Part shown: in pieces, positions 38,332-49,708 of the stretch
How positions within the stretch are numbered: the first letter of the stretch is position 1
Layout of the letters: each line of letters begins with the position of its first letter
Assembly (NCBI GenBank): GCA_041666915.1
Contig: JBAYFZ010000001.1
Coordinates: forward strand, 73,086-137,085
Reading direction: 5' to 3'
Source: Minisyncoccota bacterium
Lineage (GTDB): Bacteria; Patescibacteriota; Minisyncoccia; Phycocordibacterales; PALSA-1337
DNA length: 64,000 nucleotides
Made by a program: the position numbers and the translations under genes
Notes under the pieces: generated by a model
What the model was told of the DNA's origin: nothing
The model's input: the letters and a program-made list of their open reading frames with translations, nothing else
Database searches by the model: none

Positions 38332-40011
38332 ATGGTAAAGCGTTGGTTTTCTTTTATAGGACAAGAAATACGCGGCCTGCATGAGGCCGCTTATCTCTTG
38401 GCTATATTTGCAATGCTTTCACTTGTCCTCGCTCTTGTTCGTGACAAACTTTTGGCTTTCACTTTTGGTGCAGGACATTCTCTAGATGTATACTATGCCG
38501 CTTTTCGTATTCCAGATCTTATCTTTGCTACCATCGGTTCTCTGGTCTCAGCTTCAATACTCCTACCGTATTTTATAGATAGATTTGAATCATCAAAAGA
38601 AAAAGGTAAATCATTTTCAGATGGTATCTTCACCGTATTTTTTGGTGGAATGATAATTACTAGTGCGGTTATATTTTTTATAGCACCTTGGATTATTCCG
38701 AAAGTCCTACCTGGTTTTGCTAATGATCCATCTCTGCCAGACCTGATAGTTTCTATGAGAATAATGCTTTTGTCGCCTTTCTTCCTTGGTCTATCAAATC
38801 TGTTTTCTAGTCTTACTCAAATGCGTTATCGTTTTCTGGTTTATGCTTTGAGTCCAGTTGTCTACAATGCAGGTATTATCGTTGGCGTTATGTTTGGTTA
38901 TCCTGTATTTGGTATTTCCGGTTTGGCAGTAGGTGTAGCTATAGGAGCATTTTTACACATGGGTATACAGGTTCCATTTATGATTCATGAGAGGTTGTTA
39001 CCAGTATTTACTTTTAAAATCAATTGGTTGGATATAAAGAAAATAGTTACTACATCTCTACCAAGAACTATTACTTTATCAGCCAATCAGTTGGCATCGT
39101 TTATTTTAGTTTCTCTGGCATCTCTGATGGCTACTGGGTCTATATCAATATTTAGTTTTGCTTTCAATCTTCAATCAGTTCCACTGACTTTGATTGGTGC
39201 TAGTTATTCTTCAGCAGTTTTTCCTACACTTTCACGTTTGATTTTCAAGGGTAATATTGTTGAATTTAGATCAAAGATGATTGCTGCGGCGCAACATATT
39301 ATTTTCTGGTCTATGCCGTTAACAGTTTTGTTCATAGTTCTACGTGCGCAGATAGTGAGAACAATATTAGGTGCAGGAAAGTTTGATTGGGCCGATACTA
39401 GGATGACAGCAGCAATGTTGGCAATATTTACATTTTCTACGATTGGTCAAAGCCTCGTAATTCTTTTTGTTCGTGCTTTTTATGCAGAAGGAAAGACTGC
39501 CAAACCACTTCTCATAAATATCGTCTCTGCTTCATTCATGGTCTTTTCTGGTTTTGTCTTGTATCGTCTTTATGATATTTTCCCAATCTTTAGATTCTTC
39601 ATTGAAGATTTGCTCAAAGTCGGTGGTCAGACAGGTACAAGTGTTCTAGTCCTAGCTATAGCATTTAGTCTTGGTACTGTTTTGAATACCATTCTCCATT
39701 GGTGGACTTACGAACGCACTCACCCTGGTTTTACTAGACCAGTCTTCGCCACTTTGTTCCATAGTTTTGCCGCGTCAGTTATCATGGGTTATGTAGCTTT
39801 CCTTAGTCTGCGTCTCTTTGCTCTAGTATTTCCGTTGACAAAAGTTTGGGGACTATTTTTACAAGGATTCTGTGCCGGCATAATGGGGCTTATTGTCTTG
39901 GTACTTGTACTCAAAATCCTAAAGAATAAAGAGTTGGAAGACGTTATAACGACTCTTCATCGTAAGATTTGGAAGACTAATGTTCCTCCTGCAGAAGTGG
40001 AGCATATATAG
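38332..40011 (+). CDS. murJ: Lipid II flippase MurJ
   Basis: RDKLLAFTFGAG...LDVYYAAFRIPD, RAFYA. Confidence 0.92.
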   Translation: MVKRWFSFIGQEIRGLHEAAYLLAIFAMLSLVLALVRDKLLAFTFGAGHSLDVYYAAFRIPDLIFATIGSLVSASILLPYFIDRFESSKEKGKSFSDGIFTVFFGGMIITSAVIFFIAPWIIPKVLPGFANDPSLPDLIVSMRIMLLSPFFLGLSNLFSSLTQMRYRFLVYALSPVVYNAGIIVGVMFGYPVFGISGLAVGVAIGAFLHMGIQVPFMIHERLLPVFTFKINWLDIKKIVTTSLPRTITLSANQLASFILVSLASLMATGSISIFSFAFNLQSVPLTLIGASYSSAVFPTLSRLIFKGNIVEFRSKMIAAAQHIIFWSMPLTVLFIVLRAQIVRTILGAGKFDWADTRMTAAMLAIFTFSTIGQSLVILFVRAFYAEGKTAKPLLINIVSASFMVFSGFVLYRLYDIFPIFRFFIEDLLKVGGQTGTSVLVLAIAFSLGTVLNTILHWWTYERTHPGFTRPVFATLFHSFAASVIMGYVAFLSLRLFALVFPLTKVWGLFLQGFCAGIMGLIVLVLVLKILKNKELEDVITTLHRKIWKTNVPPAEVEHI

Positions 40012-40052
40012 TGTTAATATCTTTTATATAATATTTTTGCTATATTCAAAGA

Positions 40053-41882
40053 ATGAATCAGACCTTTATACGCAATTTCTCCATAATAGCGCACATTGAT
40101 CACGGTAAATCAACCTTGGCTGATAGAATGCTGGAAGTAACTGGTACTATTGAAAAGCGTAAAATGCAGGATCAGGTTCTGGATTCTATGGAATTGGAAA
40201 GGGAAAGAGGGATCACTATCAAGATGCAACCAGTTCGTATGAAATGGAAAGTTGATGGTCAGGAATATATCATGAACCTTATTGATACTCCTGGACATAT
40301 AGATTTCTCTTATGAAGTGTCACGTTCTCTGAAGGCTGTAGAAGGCTCTATTCTCCTCGTTGACGCTACTCAAGGTGTTCAAGCACAGACATTAACCACT
40401 TTGAATATGGCTAGGGAAGCTGGGCTAAAGATTATCCCTGTTGTAAGTAAGATTGATTCACAATTGGCAAGGACAGACGAAGTTGTTACAGAGGTCTGTC
40501 AGCTTCTTGGTTGTGAAGTAAGTGAAGTCATAAAAGTCTCTGGTAGGACCGGTGAGAATGTTCCACATCTTTTGGATGAAGTCGTAAAGAGAGTTTCTCC
40601 ACCAGGAGGTAATACTGGACATAATTCAGGTGAACATAGTGAATCTGTTCAATCTAATGTTTTTTGTTCTCTAGTTTTTGATTTTCAATATTCCAATCAT
40701 ACGGGTGTTATAGTTTTCGTCCGTGTTATCAGTGGTTCAGTTAGTAGACGTGAACGCTTGGTTTTCAAAGTCGCTGGAAGGGAATTTGACGCTATAGAAG
40801 TTGGTATTTTTGCCCCAGCTAATACTCCTACGGAGACTTTGGGGGCTGGAGAGATAGGTTATATCGTCACTGGCATCAAAGAGCCCGGTATCGCTTCTGT
40901 TGGAGATACTGTCGCTTCTGTCCGCGATACCTTGCCACCTTTGTCTGGTTATCAGAGTCCTCATCCAGTAGTTTGGGCTTCTCTGTATCCAGAAAGTCAG
41001 GACGATCTTTCTTTGCTACGTCAGGCTCTCGGTCGTCTACAATTGTCTGATTCGGCTTTTACGTATGAAGAAGAGGTTTCTGGAACTTTGGGCAAAGGCT
41101 ATCGTTGTGGTTTCCTAGGAATGTTGCATTTGGAAATAGTAACCGAACGTTTGCGCCGTGAATTTAAATTGGAACTGGTCGTCACTCAACCAAGTATTAC
41201 TTATAATATTGAACTTAAAAATGGTAAAAAGTTAACCGTGTATTCACCAGCTCTTTTTCCAGAAGATCATGAAGTTAAAGAGATTTCAGAACCTATTGTG
41301 ACAATGAAGATTATCACACCTCCTCTGTACTTGAATGGTTTGATGAAATCTTTGTACGATCATGAAGCCGAAGTTATCTCTACGGAAAATTTTGGAGATA
41401 ATAGGACGATGGTTATTTTGGAAATGCCACTTCGAGAACTCATGCGCAATTTCTTTGATGAGATCAAGAGTATTTCTTCCGGTTACGCTTCTATTTCTTA
41501 TGATATAACTGCCGAACGTTCGGCTGATGTTGTACGTCTGGATGTTTTGGTTGCTGATGAGCCAGTCATCGCTTTCACTAGAGTAGTCTCACGTCGTCGT
41601 GCAGAGATGGAAGCTATAACGATGGTTGATAAGTTGAAAGAGATTATGCCAAGAGAATTGTTTACTTACAAGATCCAAGCCAAAGCACTTGGTCGCATCA
41701 TTTCTTCATGTTCTGTCTCCGGTAAGAAAAAAGATGCTGCGGGCACGCTCTCTGGTGGAGATATAACGAGAAAGATGAAGCTTCGTGAGAAACAAAAAGA
41801 AGGACGTAAGCGCCTCAAGGAACATGGTTCCGTCATCATTCCTCAAGAAGTTTTTGTGAAGATAATGAGGAGTGGGGAGTAA
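40053..41882 (+). CDS. lepA: Elongation factor 4
   Basis: RNFSIIAHIDHGKSTLADR, DTPGH, GFLGMLH, GGDITRKMKL. Confidence 0.97.
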   Translation: MNQTFIRNFSIIAHIDHGKSTLADRMLEVTGTIEKRKMQDQVLDSMELERERGITIKMQPVRMKWKVDGQEYIMNLIDTPGHIDFSYEVSRSLKAVEGSILLVDATQGVQAQTLTTLNMAREAGLKIIPVVSKIDSQLARTDEVVTEVCQLLGCEVSEVIKVSGRTGENVPHLLDEVVKRVSPPGGNTGHNSGEHSESVQSNVFCSLVFDFQYSNHTGVIVFVRVISGSVSRRERLVFKVAGREFDAIEVGIFAPANTPTETLGAGEIGYIVTGIKEPGIASVGDTVASVRDTLPPLSGYQSPHPVVWASLYPESQDDLSLLRQALGRLQLSDSAFTYEEEVSGTLGKGYRCGFLGMLHLEIVTERLRREFKLELVVTQPSITYNIELKNGKKLTVYSPALFPEDHEVKEISEPIVTMKIITPPLYLNGLMKSLYDHEAEVISTENFGDNRTMVILEMPLRELMRNFFDEIKSISSGYASISYDITAERSADVVRLDVLVADEPVIAFTRVVSRRRAEMEAITMVDKLKEIMPRELFTYKIQAKALGRIISSCSVSGKKKDAAGTLSGGDITRKMKLREKQKEGRKRLKEHGSVIIPQEVFVKIMRSGE

Positions 41883-42282
41883 TGGGGGTGGTGGTGGATG
41901 AGGTTTTTGAAGATTGGTGGATGGTGGAGATTTTATAATTTCTCATAAGTTAAGGGTTGATTATGGTTTAGGTGAGTTTTTTCGTCTTGTGGCGTTTTAC
42001 GGAGACGGAGAAGGTTGCGACATTTGTTTCTGTTGTCGGTCTAATTGGCGAATTCATTGATTTTGCAGATGTTGTGGACGTAGGACATGCTCACACACCT
42101 CTTTTTTGTTACATTAAAAATGTGACGGATTTTTCGTCACTTTTCTGATGTTTAAAATTTGTGCGCAGGCGTGGCAGTGTCATTTTTATTACATCAGAAA
42201 AACGTCGAACTTTTCGACGTTTTTGATGAAGTTGTGATTTGTGAAGGTATCGGATGTTTAAGTGTTCTTGTTTTGATTGTGA

Positions 42283-42345
42283 CCCTCCCCCCTAGGGGGG
42301 AGGGGGGACTGTGTTCGTACTTATCTAATCAATACCCCGGGGTAT
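42283..42345. repeat. Double-palindrome family C, copy 1
   Basis: CCCTCCCCCCTAGGGGGGAGGG followed by ATACCCCGGGGTAT. Confidence 0.75.
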
Positions 42346-42559
42346 CAAAATGAAATTCAATATTCAACAATAGAAAAGGCCCATCATTAAAAGTGAATTT
42401 TTACACTTAAATAAATATAGTAAATACTTATCTCCAAACTGGGAAATAGAGTAGGATCATACTCACAATAACGAGAGCTCCCACTACCATAAAGCCAACA
42501 CTTACGGCCTTTTTTGTTTTTTCATGAAATAAAAGCATGAATCTAGTATACTGTGAGAT

Positions 42560-42964
42560 ATGAAATACGGCAACCAATCAATCTGGAAGAAGCTCATATC
42601 GTCCCCGATAACCCTCCTCGGTTTCCTTATCCTATTTTTCTTCTTATTCAGAGCTGCTTGGAGTGTCCACGAGAAAGCCGTCTTGAGTGAACTTAAACTT
42701 AAAACTGCTCAGATAGAATTAAATAAACTAGAGGCACATCAGAGAGACTTATCAAACCAGATTGGTTATCTTTCTACTGAGCAGGGTATTGAAGCAGAGT
42801 TGCGCACAAAGTATAGGGCAGTCAAAGAAGGTGAGTTGGTCGCTGTTATCGTTGATAACAATCAAAACGTTGCAAACATTTCTGCTGTGACAGCGACAAC
42901 AACTGCAACTACTACCGAATCCAATGGTTGGGGTAGGAGATTATTGCGAATGTTTGGTCTTTGA
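42560..42964 (+). CDS. FtsB/DivIC-like septum formation initiator
   Basis: TM, coiled coil, GIEAELRTKY...KEGE motif. Confidence 0.8.
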   Translation: MKYGNQSIWKKLISSPITLLGFLILFFFLFRAAWSVHEKAVLSELKLKTAQIELNKLEAHQRDLSNQIGYLSTEQGIEAELRTKYRAVKEGELVAVIVDNNQNVANISAVTATTTATTTESNGWGRRLLRMFGL

Positions 42965-42970
42965 GAATAA

Positions 42971-43041
42971 GCGGGTATGGTTTAGTGGTAGAATGCGACC
43001 TTCCCAAGGTTGAGACGCGAGTTCGATTCTCGCTACCCGCA
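42971..43041 (+). tRNA. tRNA-Gly(CCC)
   Basis: GCGGGTA/TACCCGC acceptor, loop TTCCCAA, GTTCGATTC. Confidence 0.95.
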
Positions 43042-43106
43042 CAACGACACGTTTTTTATTTTCATGACATATTGAAATATTTTTTGTAGGTGAGAAAATA
43101 TCATCT

Positions 43107-43502
43107 ATGAAAAATGATTTTAATAAATGGAATGAAATAAAAAAACAGATAGAAACTGACACGTGTAAATCAGAGTATTTTCCGCAGGTTGGCGAAGTAT
43201 GGATGTCTACAGTTGGTAGGAATATTGGCTATGAGCAAAATGGCAGCGGCGAGAACTTCTCTCGTCCGGTACTTGTTGTTAAGAAATTCAACAATAAGAT
43301 GTTTTGGTCAGTACCACTCTCTACGAAACAGAAAAGTTTAGATTTCTATTACAATTTTGTCGATCCACAAAGTAATAAGGTTTCTGCAATCTTAGCTCAG
43401 ATGAGGCTTGTGAGCGTGAAAAGATTAAACAGAAAGTTATATGACATGTCACCTATAGGTCTACAAAAAGTGAAAGCAGGATTGCGGGATTTTCTGGTAT
43501 AA
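43107..43502 (+). CDS. PemK/MazF family toxin
   Basis: GEVW...GRNIGYEQNG...RPVLVVKKF...VPLST...QMRLVSVKRL. Confidence 0.88.
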   Translation: MKNDFNKWNEIKKQIETDTCKSEYFPQVGEVWMSTVGRNIGYEQNGSGENFSRPVLVVKKFNNKMFWSVPLSTKQKSLDFYYNFVDPQSNKVSAILAQMRLVSVKRLNRKLYDMSPIGLQKVKAGLRDFLV

Positions 43503-43651
43503 ATCGAAACCCCGCCGTTAAGCGGGGTTTCTCGGAGCCTTTCGGCACTTTGTACAATACAGTATACAGGTATTTAGCTTAGAGTCAATTTACAGGATAG
43601 TTGCTCAACAGAGTCATAATACGACATATATTTGACGAAATAGTCAAAGTG

Positions 43652-43680
43652 TTGACAAATACACTGCACTATGTTATACT
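43652..43680 (+). promoter_or_regulatory. sigma70-type promoter
   Basis: TTGACA-17 bp-TATACT. Confidence 0.65.
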
Positions 43681-43790
43681 TGTATCAGAAGGTTAAGAAC
43701 ATTGAGAACGGCTAAGTCTAGCTCCAAAAAGGTAAAAATTTGCCTTTTAAGAGCTAGATTTAACCAACAACAAACAACGAAAGGTTGAGT

Positions 43791-44009
43791 ATGAATAAAA
43801 CTGAACTGTTTAATGTAGCAATGGTTGTAGCGGCACAAGCGACCAAGGCAGATCCATCACTTCAGTTCTATGTGGAGTCCCCGGATGGTGGATTCCTTCT
43901 CGTTAGCTCGAATGGGTGTTGCGGCCCTTTTAAGGACGCTCAGGATGATGAGACACGGAAGTTCTATCTCCTGGAAATCAAAGGTCTATCCAATCCCAGG
44001 AAGGTATAG
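43791..44009 (+). CDS. Small hypothetical protein
   Basis: ORF between the promoter at 43652 and a GC hairpin near 44070-44095. Confidence 0.55.
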   Translation: MNKTELFNVAMVVAAQATKADPSLQFYVESPDGGFLLVSSNGCCGPFKDAQDDETRKFYLLEIKGLSNPRKV

Positions 44010-44186
44010 TGGTCTGTCCACTCGGTCGAAAGCAACCGGAGCATAGGCTCGAAACTTTCATGGATTTTCCCCGCGGTCAGCAATGATCGCGGGTTTCTGT
44101 TTTATTAACCAAACTAAACCAAAACAACCCCTTTCGGGATTGTTTTGACAGAAAAGGGCCTCTGTGAGGTCCATTATATTTTCTTA

Positions 44187-44423
44187 CTATTTTGACTTCA
44201 AGATTTCCTTGATCCTAGACTCATCGAACCCTACGACTACTTCTCCTCCGATATCAATGACTGGTACGCCCATTTGTCCGGTTTTGTCGATCATTTCCTT
44301 GCGCTTGGCAAGATCTGTTGCGACGTTATGTTCGGTAAAAGGCATAGAGTTGGCTGAGAAAAAATTCTTGGCCAATCCGCAATACACGCAAGTTGGTGTT
44401 GAATATATTGTTATGTTCTTCAT
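44187..44423 (-). CDS. Glutaredoxin (NrdH-like)
   Basis: IYSTPTCVYC, GQMGVPVI, VGFD. Confidence 0.92.
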   Translation of the reverse strand: MKNITIYSTPTCVYCGLAKNFFSANSMPFTEHNVATDLAKRKEMIDKTGQMGVPVIDIGGEVVVGFDESRIKEILKSK

Positions 44424-44532
44424 TTTATTTTTTAATAGGTGCTTATAAATTATGCGTTTCGCTGGAACGCATAGGCGTTTGTTATTTTGTCATTAATATA
44501 ATAGCATAACGTGTTATAATCTAGCAACATAT

Positions 44533-45801
44533 ATGCCATATGCACATGTATTTTCGGCTTTCGTTGGTCATATAGAGACCTTTATTTCGCAAGGTGGATA
44601 TTTTTTCCTTTTCATTTTTACTATATTGGAAGGTATTCCACTGTTTGGTATGGTTATTCCTGGTCATATTGCCATCATCGCTTCAGGTTTCTTGGCAAAA
44701 ATCGGCACCTTGGATTTGTTATGGGTTCTAGTTATTTCTGGAGCGGGAGCAATCATCGGTGATTATATAGGATTTTATTTTGGTAGGAAGTATGGTATGG
44801 CTTTTATAGAAAAATTTCGTCCGTATTTTTTTATTACAGATGCGCATATAGAAAAAGCTCAAACTCTTTTGAATAAACATACCGGTAAAGCTTTGATTAT
44901 GGGTAGATTTACACCAGCTACTCGTTCACTCATGCCATTTTTGGTTGGTGCTTCCCATACTCCGGCTGGACGTTTTTGGTTTTTCAATATTATCGGTGGG
45001 ATAACATGGGTTACTACCTCTGTAATGCTTGGATATGTATTCGGTACCGCTTATCATGCTGTTGCAGGGTATATGGGCAAAGTTTTGGTCGTTGCTATAT
45101 TAGTTTCTCTCATAACTATTTGGGGTTATAGATTTGTAAATTCTCGTTTTCATATTTTTAGACGTTATGAATTGTTTACTCTTATTTTGAATGTCTTGTC
45201 GTTGGGATCTCTGGCTATTATCATAGATAAGTTGTCTGATGAGACATTTAAATTAAATTTTGATGTTTGGATAAGTGTTTTTATGGATAAATTCAATCAT
45301 CTTCATCCTTACTTTACAACTTTGGCTGATTGGATTTCTAATATAGGTAGTACGGCTGTGACGGCTGGTTTGGGGATTATTATCGGGGTGTACTTCCTCT
45401 TCAAAAAGAAATGGCGTTCTGGAACTATTATGCTTTTAGCTGTAGGATCTACGGGAATAGTCACCGGTCTCATGAAAGAATTTTTCCTGAGTGAAAGACC
45501 TGTGAATGCTCTCCATGCCATAGTCAATGATCCGAGTTTCCCTAGTGGTCACTCTTCTCTGGCAGCGGCTTTCTTTGTAATTTTGGCATATCTCTTGGCA
45601 CCAAAGATAGAATCTTGGATTAAAAGGGAATTTATGATAGTTGTTTGTGTTCTGGCAGTTATTTTGATAGGTGTTAGTCGTCTAGTCTTGAATGTTCACT
45701 GGTTTTCTGACGTTGTTGCTGGTTGGTCTTTGGGAATATTTATGGCAACAGCCTCAATACTTTTTGTTAGATATGTAGGAGCGCTTGTTATAAAGAAATA
45801 A
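44533..45801 (+). CDS. DedA family / PAP2 phosphatase fusion
   Basis: DedA (GDYIGFYFGRKYG, GRF) plus PAP2 (RP, SFPSGH, SRLVLNVHWFSDV). Confidence 0.92.
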   Translation: MPYAHVFSAFVGHIETFISQGGYFFLFIFTILEGIPLFGMVIPGHIAIIASGFLAKIGTLDLLWVLVISGAGAIIGDYIGFYFGRKYGMAFIEKFRPYFFITDAHIEKAQTLLNKHTGKALIMGRFTPATRSLMPFLVGASHTPAGRFWFFNIIGGITWVTTSVMLGYVFGTAYHAVAGYMGKVLVVAILVSLITIWGYRFVNSRFHIFRRYELFTLILNVLSLGSLAIIIDKLSDETFKLNFDVWISVFMDKFNHLHPYFTTLADWISNIGSTAVTAGLGIIIGVYFLFKKKWRSGTIMLLAVGSTGIVTGLMKEFFLSERPVNALHAIVNDPSFPSGHSSLAAAFFVILAYLLAPKIESWIKREFMIVVCVLAVILIGVSRLVLNVHWFSDVVAGWSLGIFMATASILFVRYVGALVIKK

Positions 45802-45812
45802 TTAATCATGTG

Positions 45813-45934
45813 TGTCATTCCCGCGAAGGCGATTTAGCAAAATCGTGTCGAATGGACCGGGAATCCATGGTTACCACAAGATATAGACTGTTGATTCGTA
45901 ATAATCCTGGATTCCCGCCTTCGCGGGAATGACA
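45813..45934. repeat. Family A element with a 28-bp insert in the left hairpin
   Basis: TGTCATTCCCGCGAAGGC[GATTTAGCAAAATCGTGTCGAATGGACC]GGGAATCC...GGATTCCCGCCTTCGCGGGAATGACA. Confidence 0.9.
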
Positions 45935-45968
45935 AAAATGCAGGAATAATAGAAATCATGTAAAATAA

Positions 45969-46727
45969 ATGCCTATGAATAAATATAAATTAGTTTTAGT
46001 TAGACACGGCGAAAGCCAATGGAATAAAGAGAATAGGTTTGCGGGTTGGGTTGATGTGGATTTGAGTGAGAAGGGTGTAGGTGAAGCCCATTCTGCTGGT
46101 AAAGCCCTGAAAGAAGCCGGTTTCACTTTTGATTTGTCGTTTACTTCATTTTTGAAAAGAGCCAATAGGACTTTGGATATTATTCTCGGGGAAATGGGTG
46201 AGAGTAATATTGAAATCCGTAAATCTTGGAAATTGAATGAGCGTCATTACGGTTCTCTTCAGGGTTTGAATAAGTCTGAGATGGCTACAAAATATGGTGA
46301 AGCCCAAGTTAAACTTTGGCGAAGAGGTTATGATACGGTTATTCCACCTTTGACCAAGGATAGTGAAATGTACCCAGGTAGAGACCCTCTTTACAAAGAT
46401 CTCAAAGAATCAGAGATCCCTTTGTCAGAAAATTTGAAGATGGTTGTAGAGAGGGTTGTGCCATATTGGCAAGAATCCATAGTTCCTGAGATAAAGGGTG
46501 GTCACAAGATTATCATTGCCGCTTCTGGTAATAGTTTACGTGCGCTTATGAAGCATATAGAAGGTATTTCTGATGAGGAGATTACTGGTATTGATGTGCC
46601 AACGGGTATCCCTTTGGTCTATGAATTGGATGAAAATTTGAAGGTCATTAGCAAGAAGTATTTGGCTGATGAGGAGAAGCTCAAAGTTGCCATAGAAGCA
46701 GTTGCAAATCAAGGTAAGGCAAAATAG
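45969..46727 (+). CDS. gpmA: 2,3-BPG-dependent phosphoglycerate mutase
   Basis: LVRHGESQWN, LNERHYG, SGNSLRAL. Confidence 0.96.
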   Translation: MPMNKYKLVLVRHGESQWNKENRFAGWVDVDLSEKGVGEAHSAGKALKEAGFTFDLSFTSFLKRANRTLDIILGEMGESNIEIRKSWKLNERHYGSLQGLNKSEMATKYGEAQVKLWRRGYDTVIPPLTKDSEMYPGRDPLYKDLKESEIPLSENLKMVVERVVPYWQESIVPEIKGGHKIIIAASGNSLRALMKHIEGISDEEITGIDVPTGIPLVYELDENLKVISKKYLADEEKLKVAIEAVANQGKAK

Positions 46728-46912
46728 TGGAATTAAATTCTTTTTTGTGTCCTAATTTTTAACCAAATTACATCACACCATAAAAGTACGGTTTTACGGC
46801 ATTATTGCGATATAGGTTTTGACGAGTAGTCAACTTGGTGAGGGAAAGTAGTTTGCCCTTGAAGTGGTATTAAAATTCTTTCTGCGGGAGTTAACCAACC
46901 TGCATTAATAAC

Positions 46913-46966
46913 ATGGCAAAGCCAGTTCCTCCTCAGGTTCCACCACAGGTGCCTCCTCAGGCATAA
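46913..46966 (+). CDS. Candidate 17-aa micropeptide MAKPVPPQVPPQVPPQA
   Basis: ATG to TAA; the three VPPQ repeats differ only at synonymous positions; terminator follows. Confidence 0.5.
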   Translation: MAKPVPPQVPPQVPPQA

Positions 46967-46974
46967 TGTGTAGT

Positions 46975-46999
46975 GAAATCCCCGTAACGGGGATTTTTC
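46975..46999 (+). terminator. Rho-independent terminator
   Basis: AAATCCCCG-TAA-CGGGGATTT plus T run. Confidence 0.75.
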
Positions 47000-47489
47000 T
47001 ATAATGGATATTTCCTTTGTTATTCATGCGAGCATTCTCATATGTAAAACACTGTAAAACACCTTTCCATACGCACAAAAGCCCGCCTGAGCGGGCTCCT
47101 GTGCCATAATGTTCACATGGTTAGAAGAAAGATTCCGAAAGTATAAAGGTGGGATCCTGACCGGCGGGGAGCCAGTGTTGTGCGGATTCCTTGTTGATTA
47201 GTTAAGGATCTTCTTCATAACGTGAACTGCATACATTGTCTTATTAAATTTAGATTAAATCAAGAGGTATCGGTGCAGAAAAAAGTTGATAACGTGGGGA
47301 CAGTGAGTATTTTTCTGGGGATAGTGAATCAGGTGATGGATTTTTAATTGTAGGAAGGGTAAGTGGTGACATTTTTCTTTTTAAGATAAGTTAATTTTTT
47401 GTTATGAGTCGTGAATTTTTGGTTTGGTACGGGCTTTGATGTTTTGATGTAGACGCGGGCCGTCGTATGATCTGTCTTGATTTGAAAAT

Positions 47490-47551
47490 ACCCCCCTCCC
47501 CGGGGAGGGGGGTGGTGTCGTCGTTTGTAGATCTGATACCCCGGGGTATCA
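47490..47551. repeat. Double-palindrome family C, copy 2
   Basis: ACCCCCCTCCCCGGGGAGGGGGGT followed by TGATACCCCGGGGTATCA. Confidence 0.75.
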
Positions 47552-47744
47552 AGAAGAAGATTAGGATTACTACCAGAGTACGAACCTCTAAAAAGGTGTT
47601 GCAATTAGCCTGCAAACTTTGTTACGTTTAGAACGAGAATTCACCGCGGAGTATTTGACAGATATAATAAGTCATGCTATTCTGTAGTAAGAGTACACGT
47701 TGATTGAAACATCAGCATCAATAATTAAATACGATAGATTCTAT

Positions 47745-48122
47745 ATGCTAAACGCTAATGAAATCACAGAGCTCTTTAAGAGGTTAGAAAGAAAACATGG
47801 TGTCTATGATCCAGAATTCGATAAGAAAATTGAAGACGGTATATTAACAGGCGACATCCTTGGTCCTGAACAGCTTCGTAATTTTTCGGACGAATTTGAT
47901 ATTCCAGTTGATATAATCCGAACATTCTCTTTAGAACAGTTTGGGCTACTGATGGCGGAATCTTGTGATGGTGTTCAGCTTTCATTCGAAGCCGAACAAG
48001 AAATCCTCGATCAATTGGTTGAAGTAGAAAAAGCAGGTGGATTAGCTGCTTATTTAAAACAAAAGACAAAGAAGAAACAATGTCCAAGCCAGCAGCTTCT
48101 TCCCAGTACAAGACGTCGTTAG
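47745..48122 (+). CDS. Hypothetical protein
   Basis: ORF with upstream TTGACA promoter-like motif and downstream hairpin. Confidence 0.6.
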   Translation: MLNANEITELFKRLERKHGVYDPEFDKKIEDGILTGDILGPEQLRNFSDEFDIPVDIIRTFSLEQFGLLMAESCDGVQLSFEAEQEILDQLVEVEKAGGLAAYLKQKTKKKQCPSQQLLPSTRRR

Positions 48123-48198
48123 ACTGTTTAATTCAAAAAACGCACAACCTTTGGGTATGTGCGTTTTCCTTTTTTTGATTTGATAATCCCGCCACCCT

Positions 48199-49542
<1,344 letters not shown>

Positions 49543-49563
49543 TTATGTCATCTGCACTCGCGT

Positions 49564-49689
49564 TGTCATTCCCACGAAGGCGATTTAGCAAAATCGTGTC
49601 GAATGGACCGGGAATCCAGTGTGTTACCACTTAGTATGCTGACTTTTAGTTCGTAATAATCCTGGATTCCCGCCTTCGCGGGAATGACA
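49564..49689. repeat. Family A element with the same 28-bp insert
   Basis: Insert at 49582-49609 identical to 45831-45858; terminal GGAATGACAA repeated at 49696-49705. Confidence 0.9.
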
Positions 49690-49708
49690 ACAACAGGAAT
49701 GACAAAAA

